Shown piece after piece: positions 39,818 through 47,059 of a stretch of 64,000 nt of DNA (positions within the stretch are counted from its first letter, which is position 1; each line of letters begins with the position of its first letter). The DNA is taken from positions 66,748-130,747 of the forward strand of contig CAZPAW010000002.1 of assembly GCA_964584895.1 (NCBI GenBank), in the 5' to 3' direction. The notes below the pieces were generated by a model that did not search any database, was not told the DNA's origin, and worked only from the letters and a program-made list of their open reading frames with translations. This DNA comes from an uncultured Candidatus Saccharibacteria bacterium (GTDB taxonomy: Bacteria; Patescibacteriota; Saccharimonadia; Saccharimonadales; JAGQNJ01). Made by a program: the position numbers and the translations under genes.

Positions 39818-41464
39818 AATCGAACAGTTACCAAAAATTATCAATGGGGATGTGGTGGAATTGGTAGACACGCTAGTCTTAGGAACTAGTGCCGCAAGGC
39901 GTGTAGGTTCGAGTCCTATCATCCCCACCAAGAACGAACTTTTCGGGAAATTTGAGCGCATTTGCGCTCTTTTTTCTTTGGTTTTGCGGAGCAAAAACCA
40001 AATGTTTTCAGGGGGGAGAAAAGAATTTTGGGCAGCCGTAGGCTGCGCCTTTTTGGAATTCAAAAACAGGTTCAAACCGTCAATTTTGGCAAAAGCGTCC
40101 TTTATCGCCACAAAGTCGCCACTTTTTGCGATTTCACAGAGAGAAACGGCTTGTTTGAGCCACTGGCGCATAGGTTCAACCCAAGCTTTGCTGGCAAGCG
40201 TTAGCTTGCCGACTTGTTCCTCCAGCGACTTCTTTTCGCTCATTAGTTCGCCTTGTCTAGTGCGGTAGGTTTGCTGTTCAATATCTTGGTCTAAATAGCC
40301 GTCTAAAAGTCGCTGTAACTTGCCTTGCAAGTTCGCAAGTCGTGTTTGGGCATTAGCCACAAACACACTGGCAGACTGCTCGGCTTTGCGTTCGTCCTCG
40401 TCCAGCATTTTGCTCAAAGTCGTTGCCCAACTTTCGGGCAGGGCGTAGCCCTGCAATATGTCGGACAATTGCGCTGCTAAATCTTGCTCGGTAACTGGTG
40501 GCTCTTTGCAAGTAATAGTTTTGTGTTTTCTTGTACAACGGTAATAGATATATTCGTGCGTGTTGCCGTTTTTCTGGTGCTTTATCTTTTTCTCGGCGGT
40601 TATTGCCATATTACAAGTTGCACAAGTCAGCAAACCGCAAAACACCTGCGGCGCGGTTGCGCCTTTTTGAGGGTGGCAACGTTTGGCAATTACGGCTTGT
40701 ACTCGGTCAAATAGCCGTTTTTCAATTATTGCCTTGTGTTTGCCCTCGTACACCTCGCCGCAATAACGAAAATGTCCGAAGTAAAACGGGTTCGTTAGTA
40801 TGCGTTTTATCTGGTCTTTGGTCAGTTGTTTGCCGCTTTTGGTGGTAATGCCTCTGGACTTCATAAAAACGGCGACACTTTCAAGTGTTTGGTTGCCCTG
40901 TGTATATAACTCAAAAGCGGCTAAAATAACAGGCGCAAGCCGTTTGTTTACAATAACTGTTTTACTACGGACATCATTGATGTAGCCAATCGGGGCGTGG
41001 CTGGGGTACAACCCCAGCCGTACCTTTTGGCGCAAACCTCGCTTGGTGTTCTCGCTCAAATTGTCCACATAATACTTGGACTGCCCAAAAGCAATAGACA
41101 GCATAAATTTGCCTTGTGATGTGTTCTCAAACCAAAAAGACGGAAATTTGAGCGTGCCAATCTTGCCAGCGTCCAAAAGGTACACAATTTGCCCGCCGTC
41201 CACGCTATTGCGTGCAAGGCGATCAGGGTGCCACGCAAGTATATTGCCACCGTTCTTTTCAATTTCTGCCAGTAGTTTGCCAAAAATAGGGCGACCAGTT
41301 GTTTTTGCCGATTTCTTTTCTATAAACTCGGCGGCGATATACAAGCCTTCACGTTTGGCAAATTCTCGCAACTCCACGAGTTGCGCCTCAATAGACAAAA
41401 CCTGTTTGTCCTCAACATCTGTACTCTTGCGAGCATAGATGTAAAACTTTTGTATTGTTTCCAT
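39791..41464 (-). CDS. Large serine recombinase (integrase/invertase)
   Basis: The N-terminal resolvase domain has catalytic-Ser context YARKST and DRLARN. A recombinase domain, zinc ribbon (CGLLTCATCN...YYRCTRK) and coiled coil follow. RBS AAGGGGG. The ORF has no stop before IR-A or the att core. Its last 44 codons run antisense through tRNA-Leu to 39791, so the functional C-terminus is uncertain. Confidence 0.9.
   Translation of the reverse strand: METIQKFYIYARKSTDVEDKQVLSIEAQLVELREFAKREGLYIAAEFIEKKSAKTTGRPIFGKLLAEIEKNGGNILAWHPDRLARNSVDGGQIVYLLDAGKIGTLKFPSFWFENTSQGKFMLSIAFGQSKYYVDNLSENTKRGLRQKVRLGLYPSHAPIGYINDVRSKTVIVNKRLAPVILAAFELYTQGNQTLESVAVFMKSRGITTKSGKQLTKDQIKRILTNPFYFGHFRYCGEVYEGKHKAIIEKRLFDRVQAVIAKRCHPQKGATAPQVFCGLLTCATCNMAITAEKKIKHQKNGNTHEYIYYRCTRKHKTITCKEPPVTEQDLAAQLSDILQGYALPESWATTLSKMLDEDERKAEQSASVFVANAQTRLANLQGKLQRLLDGYLDQDIEQQTYRTRQGELMSEKKSLEEQVGKLTLASKAWVEPMRQWLKQAVSLCEIAKSGDFVAIKDAFAKIDGLNLFLNSKKAQPTAAQNSFLPPENIWFLLRKTKEKRAQMRSNFPKSSFLVGMIGLEPTRLAALVPKTSVSTNSTTSPLIIFGNCSILPCFFIKN
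39846..39930 (+). tRNA. tRNA-Leu (anticodon UAG), type II with long variable arm, CCA encoded
   Basis: Hand-folded. Acceptor GGGGATG/CATCCCC. D stem GTG/CAC. Anticodon stem CTAGT/ACTAG with loop CTTAGGA. Variable arm TGCCGCAAGGCGTG. T arm GTAGG-TTCGAGT-CCTAT. Discriminator A plus CCA. Confidence 0.93.
39925..40049 (+). repeat. IR-A left copy (125 bp)
   Basis: Reverse complement matches 41619-41743 at 123/125 positions (mismatches at 40026 and 40033). Starts with the last 6 nt of tRNA-Leu. Confidence 0.95.
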
Positions 41465-41586
41465 AGCTGTACCCCCTTGAACTCAAATAGCCGCCCTGTT
41501 GCACACAAATCAGGCAAGCCTAACTTGTACAGGACGGCTATTAAAGCCAAGCAAAAAGCCTGCCAAAATGATTTGTGTGCATTTGT

Positions 41587-41615
41587 ATTTTACCAAATAC
41601 CGCCAACTACGGCAA
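41587..41615 (-). promoter_or_regulatory. Candidate promoter of the recombinase gene
   Basis: On the minus strand: TTGCCG (41615-41610), 17-bp spacer, TAAAAT (41592-41587). The -35 box abuts the inner edge of IR-A right. Confidence 0.4.
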
Positions 41616-41618
41616 AAC

Positions 41619-41743
41619 GGCGCAGCCTACGGCTACCCAAAGTTCTTTTCTCCCCCCTGAAAACATTTGGTTTTTGCTCCGCAAAACCAAAGAAAAAAGA
41701 GCGCAAATGCGCTCAAATTTCCCGAAAAGTTCGTTCTTGGTGG
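41619..41743 (-). repeat. IR-A right copy (125 bp)
   Basis: Inverted copy of 39925-40049. Overlaps IR-B left by the 7-bp core ttggtgg (41737-41743). Confidence 0.95.
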
Positions 41744-41911
41744 AATTTTACAACTCCGCTAGAACCTATTTTGAGGAAAAGTGCTGAAAACTGCAAGGCG
41801 GCGGGCAACGCCCGCTCCGCCAGAAAAACAATTCTTTGCATTTTTTGAATTTTACCCCCGCCGAATTTCTTTTTTTGAATTTGGAAAAGAATTGTTTTTC
41901 TGGACGGTGCG
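41737..41911 (+). repeat. IR-B left copy (175 bp)
   Basis: A perfect reverse complement of 43102-43276, checked base by base. Contains an internal 18-bp-arm hairpin (41820-41837 / 41886-41903) and a GC hairpin GCGGGC-AAC-GCCCGC (41801-41815). Confidence 0.95.
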
Positions 41912-41928
41912 AACAGCGTAACTAGGCT

Positions 41929-43065
41929 TTAAGAAGAGTAGCTTCTATCGATACGGTCAGACAACGAGGTAACAACCTCATAATTTATAGTTTCGTATGC
42001 GCTCGCTATGTCGTCAGCTGTAATCGATAGCGAACCTTGTTCCCCCATTAGAATAACCTCATTACCGACGACAACTGAGCCGTCGATATCAGTAATATCA
42101 ATTACTGTTTGATCCATTGCTACGCTGCCGACTATCGGAGCAAATTGTCCATTTATCAAAACTTTGGTGGCATTGTGTGGCGTACGGCGGTAGCCATCGC
42201 CATACCCGACTGGTAGTAGTGCAATGGTGCTTTGTTTTTCGGCTTTCCAGCGCCGGTTGTAACCCACCGTTTCTCCTGGCTCAATAGTTCTCACAAAAAT
42301 TACTTGCGTTTTAAATGATAGGACGGGCTTGAACTCTTTAGCAACAAATTCGTATTTCTGGTGTTCCTCTGGGAAAGGATTGAGCCCATATGTTATCAGG
42401 CCCGGCCGAACCATCGTAAAGTGCGCTTCTGGAAAATTGATAATTGCGGCACTATTAGCACAGTGTATCAACGGAGGGTTGATTCCTTCATTTTGCAGCA
42501 TATTAAGCGAATCGTTGAATACCTTTAGCTGTTGGTGCGTAAACGCAACATCTAATGCTTCTGACTCAGCAAAATGCGTAAATAAGCCCTCTAGTTCCAT
42601 GTGTGATGAGTGCTGTATGGCTTGAGCAAGAGCAAGTAACTTATCGGGGTCGCAACCTGCCCTATGCATGCCTGTATCAATCTTAATATGAACCTTGGCT
42701 TTCTTTCCTTGAGTACTGGCGGCTCCCTCGATAGCAGATAGTATCTTTTCGTCCATGACTGTGATAGATGCATCAAGCTGGATTGCTTCCATAACTGAAG
42801 CTTTATCGAGGTAATTAAGTAACAAAATTGGTGCACGAACACCTGCGCTACGGACTTTTTTAAGTTCACCCAAGCTAACAACGCCTATATAGGTTGCTCC
42901 AGCTTCAATGGCTTTCTTAGCCGTCTCTTCAATACCATGTCCATAGGCGTTAGCTTTCACAACAGCCATCACTCTTGTATCATTTGATACAATTTCCAGT
43001 ATCTTTGAGATATTATGAGCATAATTTCCAAGGTTTATATCTGCTACAGTTAGTCGGTTTGGCAT
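41929..43065 (-). CDS. alr: Alanine racemase
   Basis: 378 aa. PLP-lysine motif AVVKANAYGHG and a C-terminal beta domain. TATAAT (43078-43073, minus strand) lies 7 nt upstream of the ATG. Confidence 0.93.
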   Translation of the reverse strand: MPNRLTVADINLGNYAHNISKILEIVSNDTRVMAVVKANAYGHGIEETAKKAIEAGATYIGVVSLGELKKVRSAGVRAPILLLNYLDKASVMEAIQLDASITVMDEKILSAIEGAASTQGKKAKVHIKIDTGMHRAGCDPDKLLALAQAIQHSSHMELEGLFTHFAESEALDVAFTHQQLKVFNDSLNMLQNEGINPPLIHCANSAAIINFPEAHFTMVRPGLITYGLNPFPEEHQKYEFVAKEFKPVLSFKTQVIFVRTIEPGETVGYNRRWKAEKQSTIALLPVGYGDGYRRTPHNATKVLINGQFAPIVGSVAMDQTVIDITDIDGSVVVGNEVILMGEQGSLSITADDIASAYETINYEVVTSLSDRIDRSYSS

Positions 43066-43101
43066 ACTTACGATTATAGCCTAAATGTCGCCTGTGGCGA
43101 C

Positions 43102-43276
43102 CGCACCGTCCAGAAAAACAATTCTTTTCCAAATTCAAAAAAAGAAATTCGGCGGGGGTAAAATTCAAAAAATGCAAAGAATTGTTTTTCTGGCGGAGCG
43201 GGCGTTGCCCGCCGCCTTGCAGTTTTCAGCACTTTTCCTCAAAATAGGTTCTAGCGGAGTTGTAAAATTCCACCAA
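43102..43276 (-). repeat. IR-B right copy (175 bp)
   Basis: A perfect inverted copy of 41737-41911. Ends with CCACCAA (43270-43276). Confidence 0.95.
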
Positions 43277-43428
43277 TGAAACAAGATCGTCATCTGACGG
43301 TCTTTTTTCATTTTCGAGTGTTGAAAGACTCGAACCCTGGTCGAAAATCGCCTGTGGCTGTTTTCGTTTTACTTGCTTGTTGCTATGCGCAATGACTTCA
43401 GTCATTTTACCGCTAGCAGAAGATGAAG

Positions 43429-43446
43429 GAGCCCTATCATCCCCAC
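43429..43446 (+). pseudogene. Remnant of a tRNA-Leu 3' end
   Basis: gagCcctatcatccccac matches tRNA-Leu 39911-39928 (gagTcctatcatccccac) at 17/18 positions, in the same orientation, 153 bp beyond the element edge. Confidence 0.6.
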
Positions 43447-43638
43447 TAACAAAGATATCGCCCATAGTGGCGATTCTTTAATTAGTCTAGGGATGGCAGA
43501 TTTGAACTTCACCCCAAGAGTAAAGGCGAGAATAGCTCGACGACTATCCGAACGTAAAACTTCTAAATTCAAATTCTTTTTACGTATAAAAACGATAAGA
43601 GCTCTATTAATTGTAAAAGTGATAAACTATTAAGTATT

Positions 43639-44880
43639 ATGAAATTATCAACACAGCCCTATAAAGGCACTAGAGATTATTACCCAGATGATACACGCAT
43701 CCGCGAGTGGATGTTCAGTAAATGGCGCCAGGCGTGTGAATCATTTGGATACGAAGAATATGACGGGCCGATTTTGGAGCCTTTAGAACTATTCACGTCC
43801 AAAACAAGTGATGAAATAGTTAACGAACAAACATATTCATTCACTGATCGCGGAAATAGAAGAGTTGTTATGCGGCCCGAAATGACGCCAACGGTATCGA
43901 GGATGGTTGCTGCTCGACGACAAGAGCTGTCTTATCCGTTACGTCTATATAGTATTCCTAACTGTTTTAGATACGAACGACCGCAAAAAGGGCGTTTACG
44001 TGAGTTTCGACAGTTAAACGCCGATATTTTTGGTGTGGACGGCTTAGAAGCGGATGTAGAAATTATTCTGCTTGCAGATTTTATTATGAAAACGTTTGGA
44101 GCTAAACCCGAGCAGTACGAAATCCAAATCAACAGCAGAATCTCCATGACTGAAGCCTTTGATGATATGAAGCTTAACAAAGAAGAGTGTTCTAAAGCAC
44201 TTAGCCTGATTGACCGCAGGGAAAAGACGGATCCAACTGAATGGAAAGATCTTTTTAACGAACTGCTTGGAAAAGAGCGAGCTCGAAATCTATTAGAGTT
44301 TTTGAGCGAAGAAAACGTTCCAGATGACGCTCAAAAAGTAATAAACCAATTGATTAAGCTGGGTGTTGAAAACGTACGTTTTAATCGATACTTGGCGCGT
44401 GGTTTTGATTACTATACGGACATTGTTTTCGAGGTATTCGATACAAATCCCGACAATAACAGATCAATGTTTGGGGGCGGCCGATATGATGGGCTTGTCG
44501 GCCAATTTGGGGTTGAGCCAGTTCCAACTGTAGGTTTTGGAATGGGCGATGCAACGCTGATGAACTTCCTAGAGAGCAACGATTTACTGCCAGAACCGAT
44601 AATTGAAACGGATCTATACATTGCAGTAATCGGAAATGTTGCAAATGAGGCCCAATCAGTTGCCCAAAATTTGCGGGTTGAAGGTATAAATGTTGTAGTT
44701 GATTTGTCGGGTAAAAAACTAGAAAAACAAATCAAAACAGCCGAGAAAAAAGCTATAACCTATGTACTTTTTATAGGAGAAGAAGAACTGCGAACTCAAA
44801 AGTTTAAACTAAAAAATATCAAAAACGGTGCTGAGCGGACGATATCACTGTCAGAGGTCACTAAACAAATAGAAAAATGA
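43639..44880 (+). CDS. hisS: Histidine-tRNA ligase
   Basis: 413 aa with class II aaRS motifs (RYERPQKGRLREF, RGFDYYT, GGGRYD). Confidence 0.93.
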   Translation: MKLSTQPYKGTRDYYPDDTRIREWMFSKWRQACESFGYEEYDGPILEPLELFTSKTSDEIVNEQTYSFTDRGNRRVVMRPEMTPTVSRMVAARRQELSYPLRLYSIPNCFRYERPQKGRLREFRQLNADIFGVDGLEADVEIILLADFIMKTFGAKPEQYEIQINSRISMTEAFDDMKLNKEECSKALSLIDRREKTDPTEWKDLFNELLGKERARNLLEFLSEENVPDDAQKVINQLIKLGVENVRFNRYLARGFDYYTDIVFEVFDTNPDNNRSMFGGGRYDGLVGQFGVEPVPTVGFGMGDATLMNFLESNDLLPEPIIETDLYIAVIGNVANEAQSVAQNLRVEGINVVVDLSGKKLEKQIKTAEKKAITYVLFIGEEELRTQKFKLKNIKNGAERTISLSEVTKQIEK

Positions 44881-45332
44881 GAGCGATTAATCACGCCTTA
44901 ACTGGAGCAGTTATTGGTTTTGGTATCGGAAACCCAGTAGCTATTCCAATAGCCTTTGCTTCACATTTTATATTGGATAGTTTGCCGCATTACGGAGACA
45001 GGACTAGGTCCGAAATAGAAGTACATAACAGTACCGAGTTTAAAGTACTTCTGATTGTTGATACAGTTCTTTGCGGTTTATTGGTTTTAATACTAGGACT
45101 TAATGGTGCTGATAATTGGCAATTAGCAGCAATGTGCGCCTTTGCCGGTGCTTCGCCTGATCTACTTTCTATTCCAAGATTTAAACGATCAATTACCGAA
45201 AAGAAAAAGTATACCGGGAATGCATTTCAGAGGTTTCATAAAAAAATTCAATGGGGTGAAAAACCTTGGGGAAAATATATTGAAATCTTTTGGTTAATTA
45301 TAATGATTTTTATTCTAGTAAAAATCAACTGA
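44877..45332 (+). CDS. Membrane protein, DUF457/YdjM-like metal-dependent hydrolase family (tentative)
   Basis: 151 aa with several TM helices. N-terminal INHALTG...SHFILDSLPH pattern. ATGA overlap with hisS. Confidence 0.5.
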   Translation: MRAINHALTGAVIGFGIGNPVAIPIAFASHFILDSLPHYGDRTRSEIEVHNSTEFKVLLIVDTVLCGLLVLILGLNGADNWQLAAMCAFAGASPDLLSIPRFKRSITEKKKYTGNAFQRFHKKIQWGEKPWGKYIEIFWLIIMIFILVKIN

Positions 45333-45352
45333 ATCTGTTAGCATACAAAACC

Positions 45353-46633
45353 ATGCAAGTAAAAAGACATAATATATCCGATACCAAAGTATCCTTAACT
45401 ATACAAGCCGACGAGAAAGAACTAAAAACGGCTAAACAGATGGCATTAGAAAAACTACGTTCCAAAGTAAAGGTGTCGGGTTTTCGTGATGGAAAAGTGC
45501 CATTAAATCTAGTTGAAAAAAATCTCAATCAACAAACCCTGCAAACAGAATTTCTAGACGAAGCACTTAGCAGCCTTTATCCTGTTGCAGCCCAAAATCA
45601 AAATATTAGACCAATCGACAGACCGAATATAACGATCAAAAAATTTGTACCGTATTCGGTATTAGAATTTGAAGCGGTTATCGAAATATTAGGACCAATT
45701 AAATTAACTGATTATAAAGCAGTTAAAAAACCGATAAAAGTTGAACCCGTATCGAGTAAAGATATTAATGAAGTTCTTGAAAACTTAGCTACTAGACAAG
45801 CAGAAAAATCTGAAGTAAATAGAAAGTCAAAAAACACTGATCAATTATGGATTGATTTTAAAGGCGTAGACGTTGCGGGTAAGCCTATCGACGGTGCTGA
45901 CGGCAAAGACTATCCCCTAGTGCTCGGTAGTAAAACTTTTATACCAGGATTTGAAGAAAATTTAGTTGGCTTGAAAAAATCTGATAAAACTACATTTACG
46001 CTAACATTCCCAAAATCATACGGAGTAAAAAAGTTAGCAAACAAAAAAGTTACTTTTACGGTGACAGTTAAAAAGATTGAAGAAGTTAAAAAACCAAAAA
46101 TAGATGATAAATTTGCTACAAAAATCAGTCCATTTAAGAACTTGGCTGAACTGAAATCAGACATAAAAGCCCAGATGGCAACAGAGAAACAAAAAAAAGC
46201 TCTTCAAACTCAAGAAAATGAAATTATTAAAGAGATAACTGAAAAATCTTCTGTATCGATTCCTGACTCATTGTTGACCGAGCAGGTAGAACGACTACTC
46301 GGTGAGTTAAAGCAAAACTTAACCTATAAAGGTCTCACTTATGACGAATATTTAAAACAACAGGGATATGATGAAGACGGTTATAAACAAAAAGTACTAC
46401 TCCCCGAAGCAAAACAAAGAGTTAAAGCGGGTCTTGTATTGGCTGAAATTGCAGAGAAAGAAAGTATCTCTGTATCTAATGAGGAAGTCGAAGCTCGCAT
46501 TCAGGCTCTTAAGACACAATATAGCGACCCTGGGATGCATGCAGAGCTCGAAAAAGATGATTCAAAACGCGAAATATCATCCCGTTTAATGACAGAGAAA
46601 ACAATAAATAAGTTAGTACAATACTCGACTTAA
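45353..46633 (+). CDS. tig: Trigger factor
   Basis: Start at MQVKRHNISDTKVSL. Ribosome-binding motif GFRDGKVP, followed by a central FKBP-type PPIase region. The extension from 45290 overlaps the upstream gene and is rejected. Confidence 0.9.
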   Translation: MQVKRHNISDTKVSLTIQADEKELKTAKQMALEKLRSKVKVSGFRDGKVPLNLVEKNLNQQTLQTEFLDEALSSLYPVAAQNQNIRPIDRPNITIKKFVPYSVLEFEAVIEILGPIKLTDYKAVKKPIKVEPVSSKDINEVLENLATRQAEKSEVNRKSKNTDQLWIDFKGVDVAGKPIDGADGKDYPLVLGSKTFIPGFEENLVGLKKSDKTTFTLTFPKSYGVKKLANKKVTFTVTVKKIEEVKKPKIDDKFATKISPFKNLAELKSDIKAQMATEKQKKALQTQENEIIKEITEKSSVSIPDSLLTEQVERLLGELKQNLTYKGLTYDEYLKQQGYDEDGYKQKVLLPEAKQRVKAGLVLAEIAEKESISVSNEEVEARIQALKTQYSDPGMHAELEKDDSKREISSRLMTEKTINKLVQYST

Positions 46634-46672
46634 AATATAGACATTGACCTGATACTATGTTATAATATTGTT

Positions 46673-47059
46673 ATGAATGCTTCGAACTATATTGAATTAT
46701 TCGACAAAGTTGAAAGCGGTCAAGATCTTGCCAGATTCGCGGACGCTTTGGCTGATAATTACCCTGTAATGGGCCCACGGATACATGAATTAATGTTTAA
46801 GTACCATGAAATTTCCGACTTAGGTACTGACCCACTAGATAATGTATATTCACGACTCAGTCAACTGGCTGAGGAAACTATCAAACAGTCGTTAATGGGC
46901 GGTAGCCAAGCTCAGCTTCTGCTACCCACAACCTTCAATAGGCTAAACAGGCAATCACATAAAGATCAAGGAAATGAAAACCCGCCAGTAGAAGGAATTA
47001 TCGGTTATGCAAGTCTAGGGCTTGCAGCAATATTCAGAAGATTAAAAAAAGATAGTTAG
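46673..47059 (+). CDS. Hypothetical protein (128 aa) between tig and clpP
   Basis: TGTTATAAT (46658-46666) plus 6 nt, then the ATG. C-terminal hydrophobic helix (IIGYASLGLAAIF). The stop codon lies inside the clpP CIRCE element. Confidence 0.5.
   Translation: MNASNYIELFDKVESGQDLARFADALADNYPVMGPRIHELMFKYHEISDLGTDPLDNVYSRLSQLAEETIKQSLMGGSQAQLLLPTTFNRLNRQSHKDQGNENPPVEGIIGYASLGLAAIFRRLKKDS

Larger units (their letters stand above)
39925..43276. mobile_element. Integrated serine-recombinase element at the tRNA-Leu 3' end (recombinase module + alr module)
   Basis: Bounded by the 7-mer CCACCAA at 39925-39931 and 43270-43276, with a third inverted copy at 41737-41743. Contains IR-A and IR-B pairs, a large serine recombinase and alr. 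G+C is visibly higher than the flanks over the recombinase part. Confidence 0.7.

Noticed and set aside
41381-41848. Plus-strand ORFs 41381-41848 (155 aa) and 41575-41787 (70 aa) spanning IR-A right and IR-B left
   Set aside because: These are not independent genes. The 41575-41787 frame is simply the mirror image of the recombinase 3' tail encoded by IR-A. Its first part lies in the recombinase promoter/5' region. It is treated as evidence for the alternative-tail observation instead.
41737-41911. Explaining IR-B merely as a bidirectional terminator
   Set aside because: The GC hairpin and T-run could terminate alr. But 175 bp of perfect identity, an additional 18-bp-arm hairpin and the shared CCACCAA core with the tRNA and IR-A go far beyond what a terminator needs.
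43320-43350. tRNA-like T-arm string (reverse complement ggttcgagtc) suggesting a second tRNA on the minus strand
   Set aside because: I could not fold flanking sequence into a T stem, acceptor stem or anticodon arm. CAGGG would have to pair with CTTTC, which it does not. This is not a tRNA gene.
43226-43465. Minus-strand 79-aa ORF next to the element
   Set aside because: It starts over the tRNA-Leu 3' remnant and ends inside IR-B with the same EFYNSARTYFEEKC read-through as the other junction. It has no SD or -10 box. It is most likely a by-product of the repeat.
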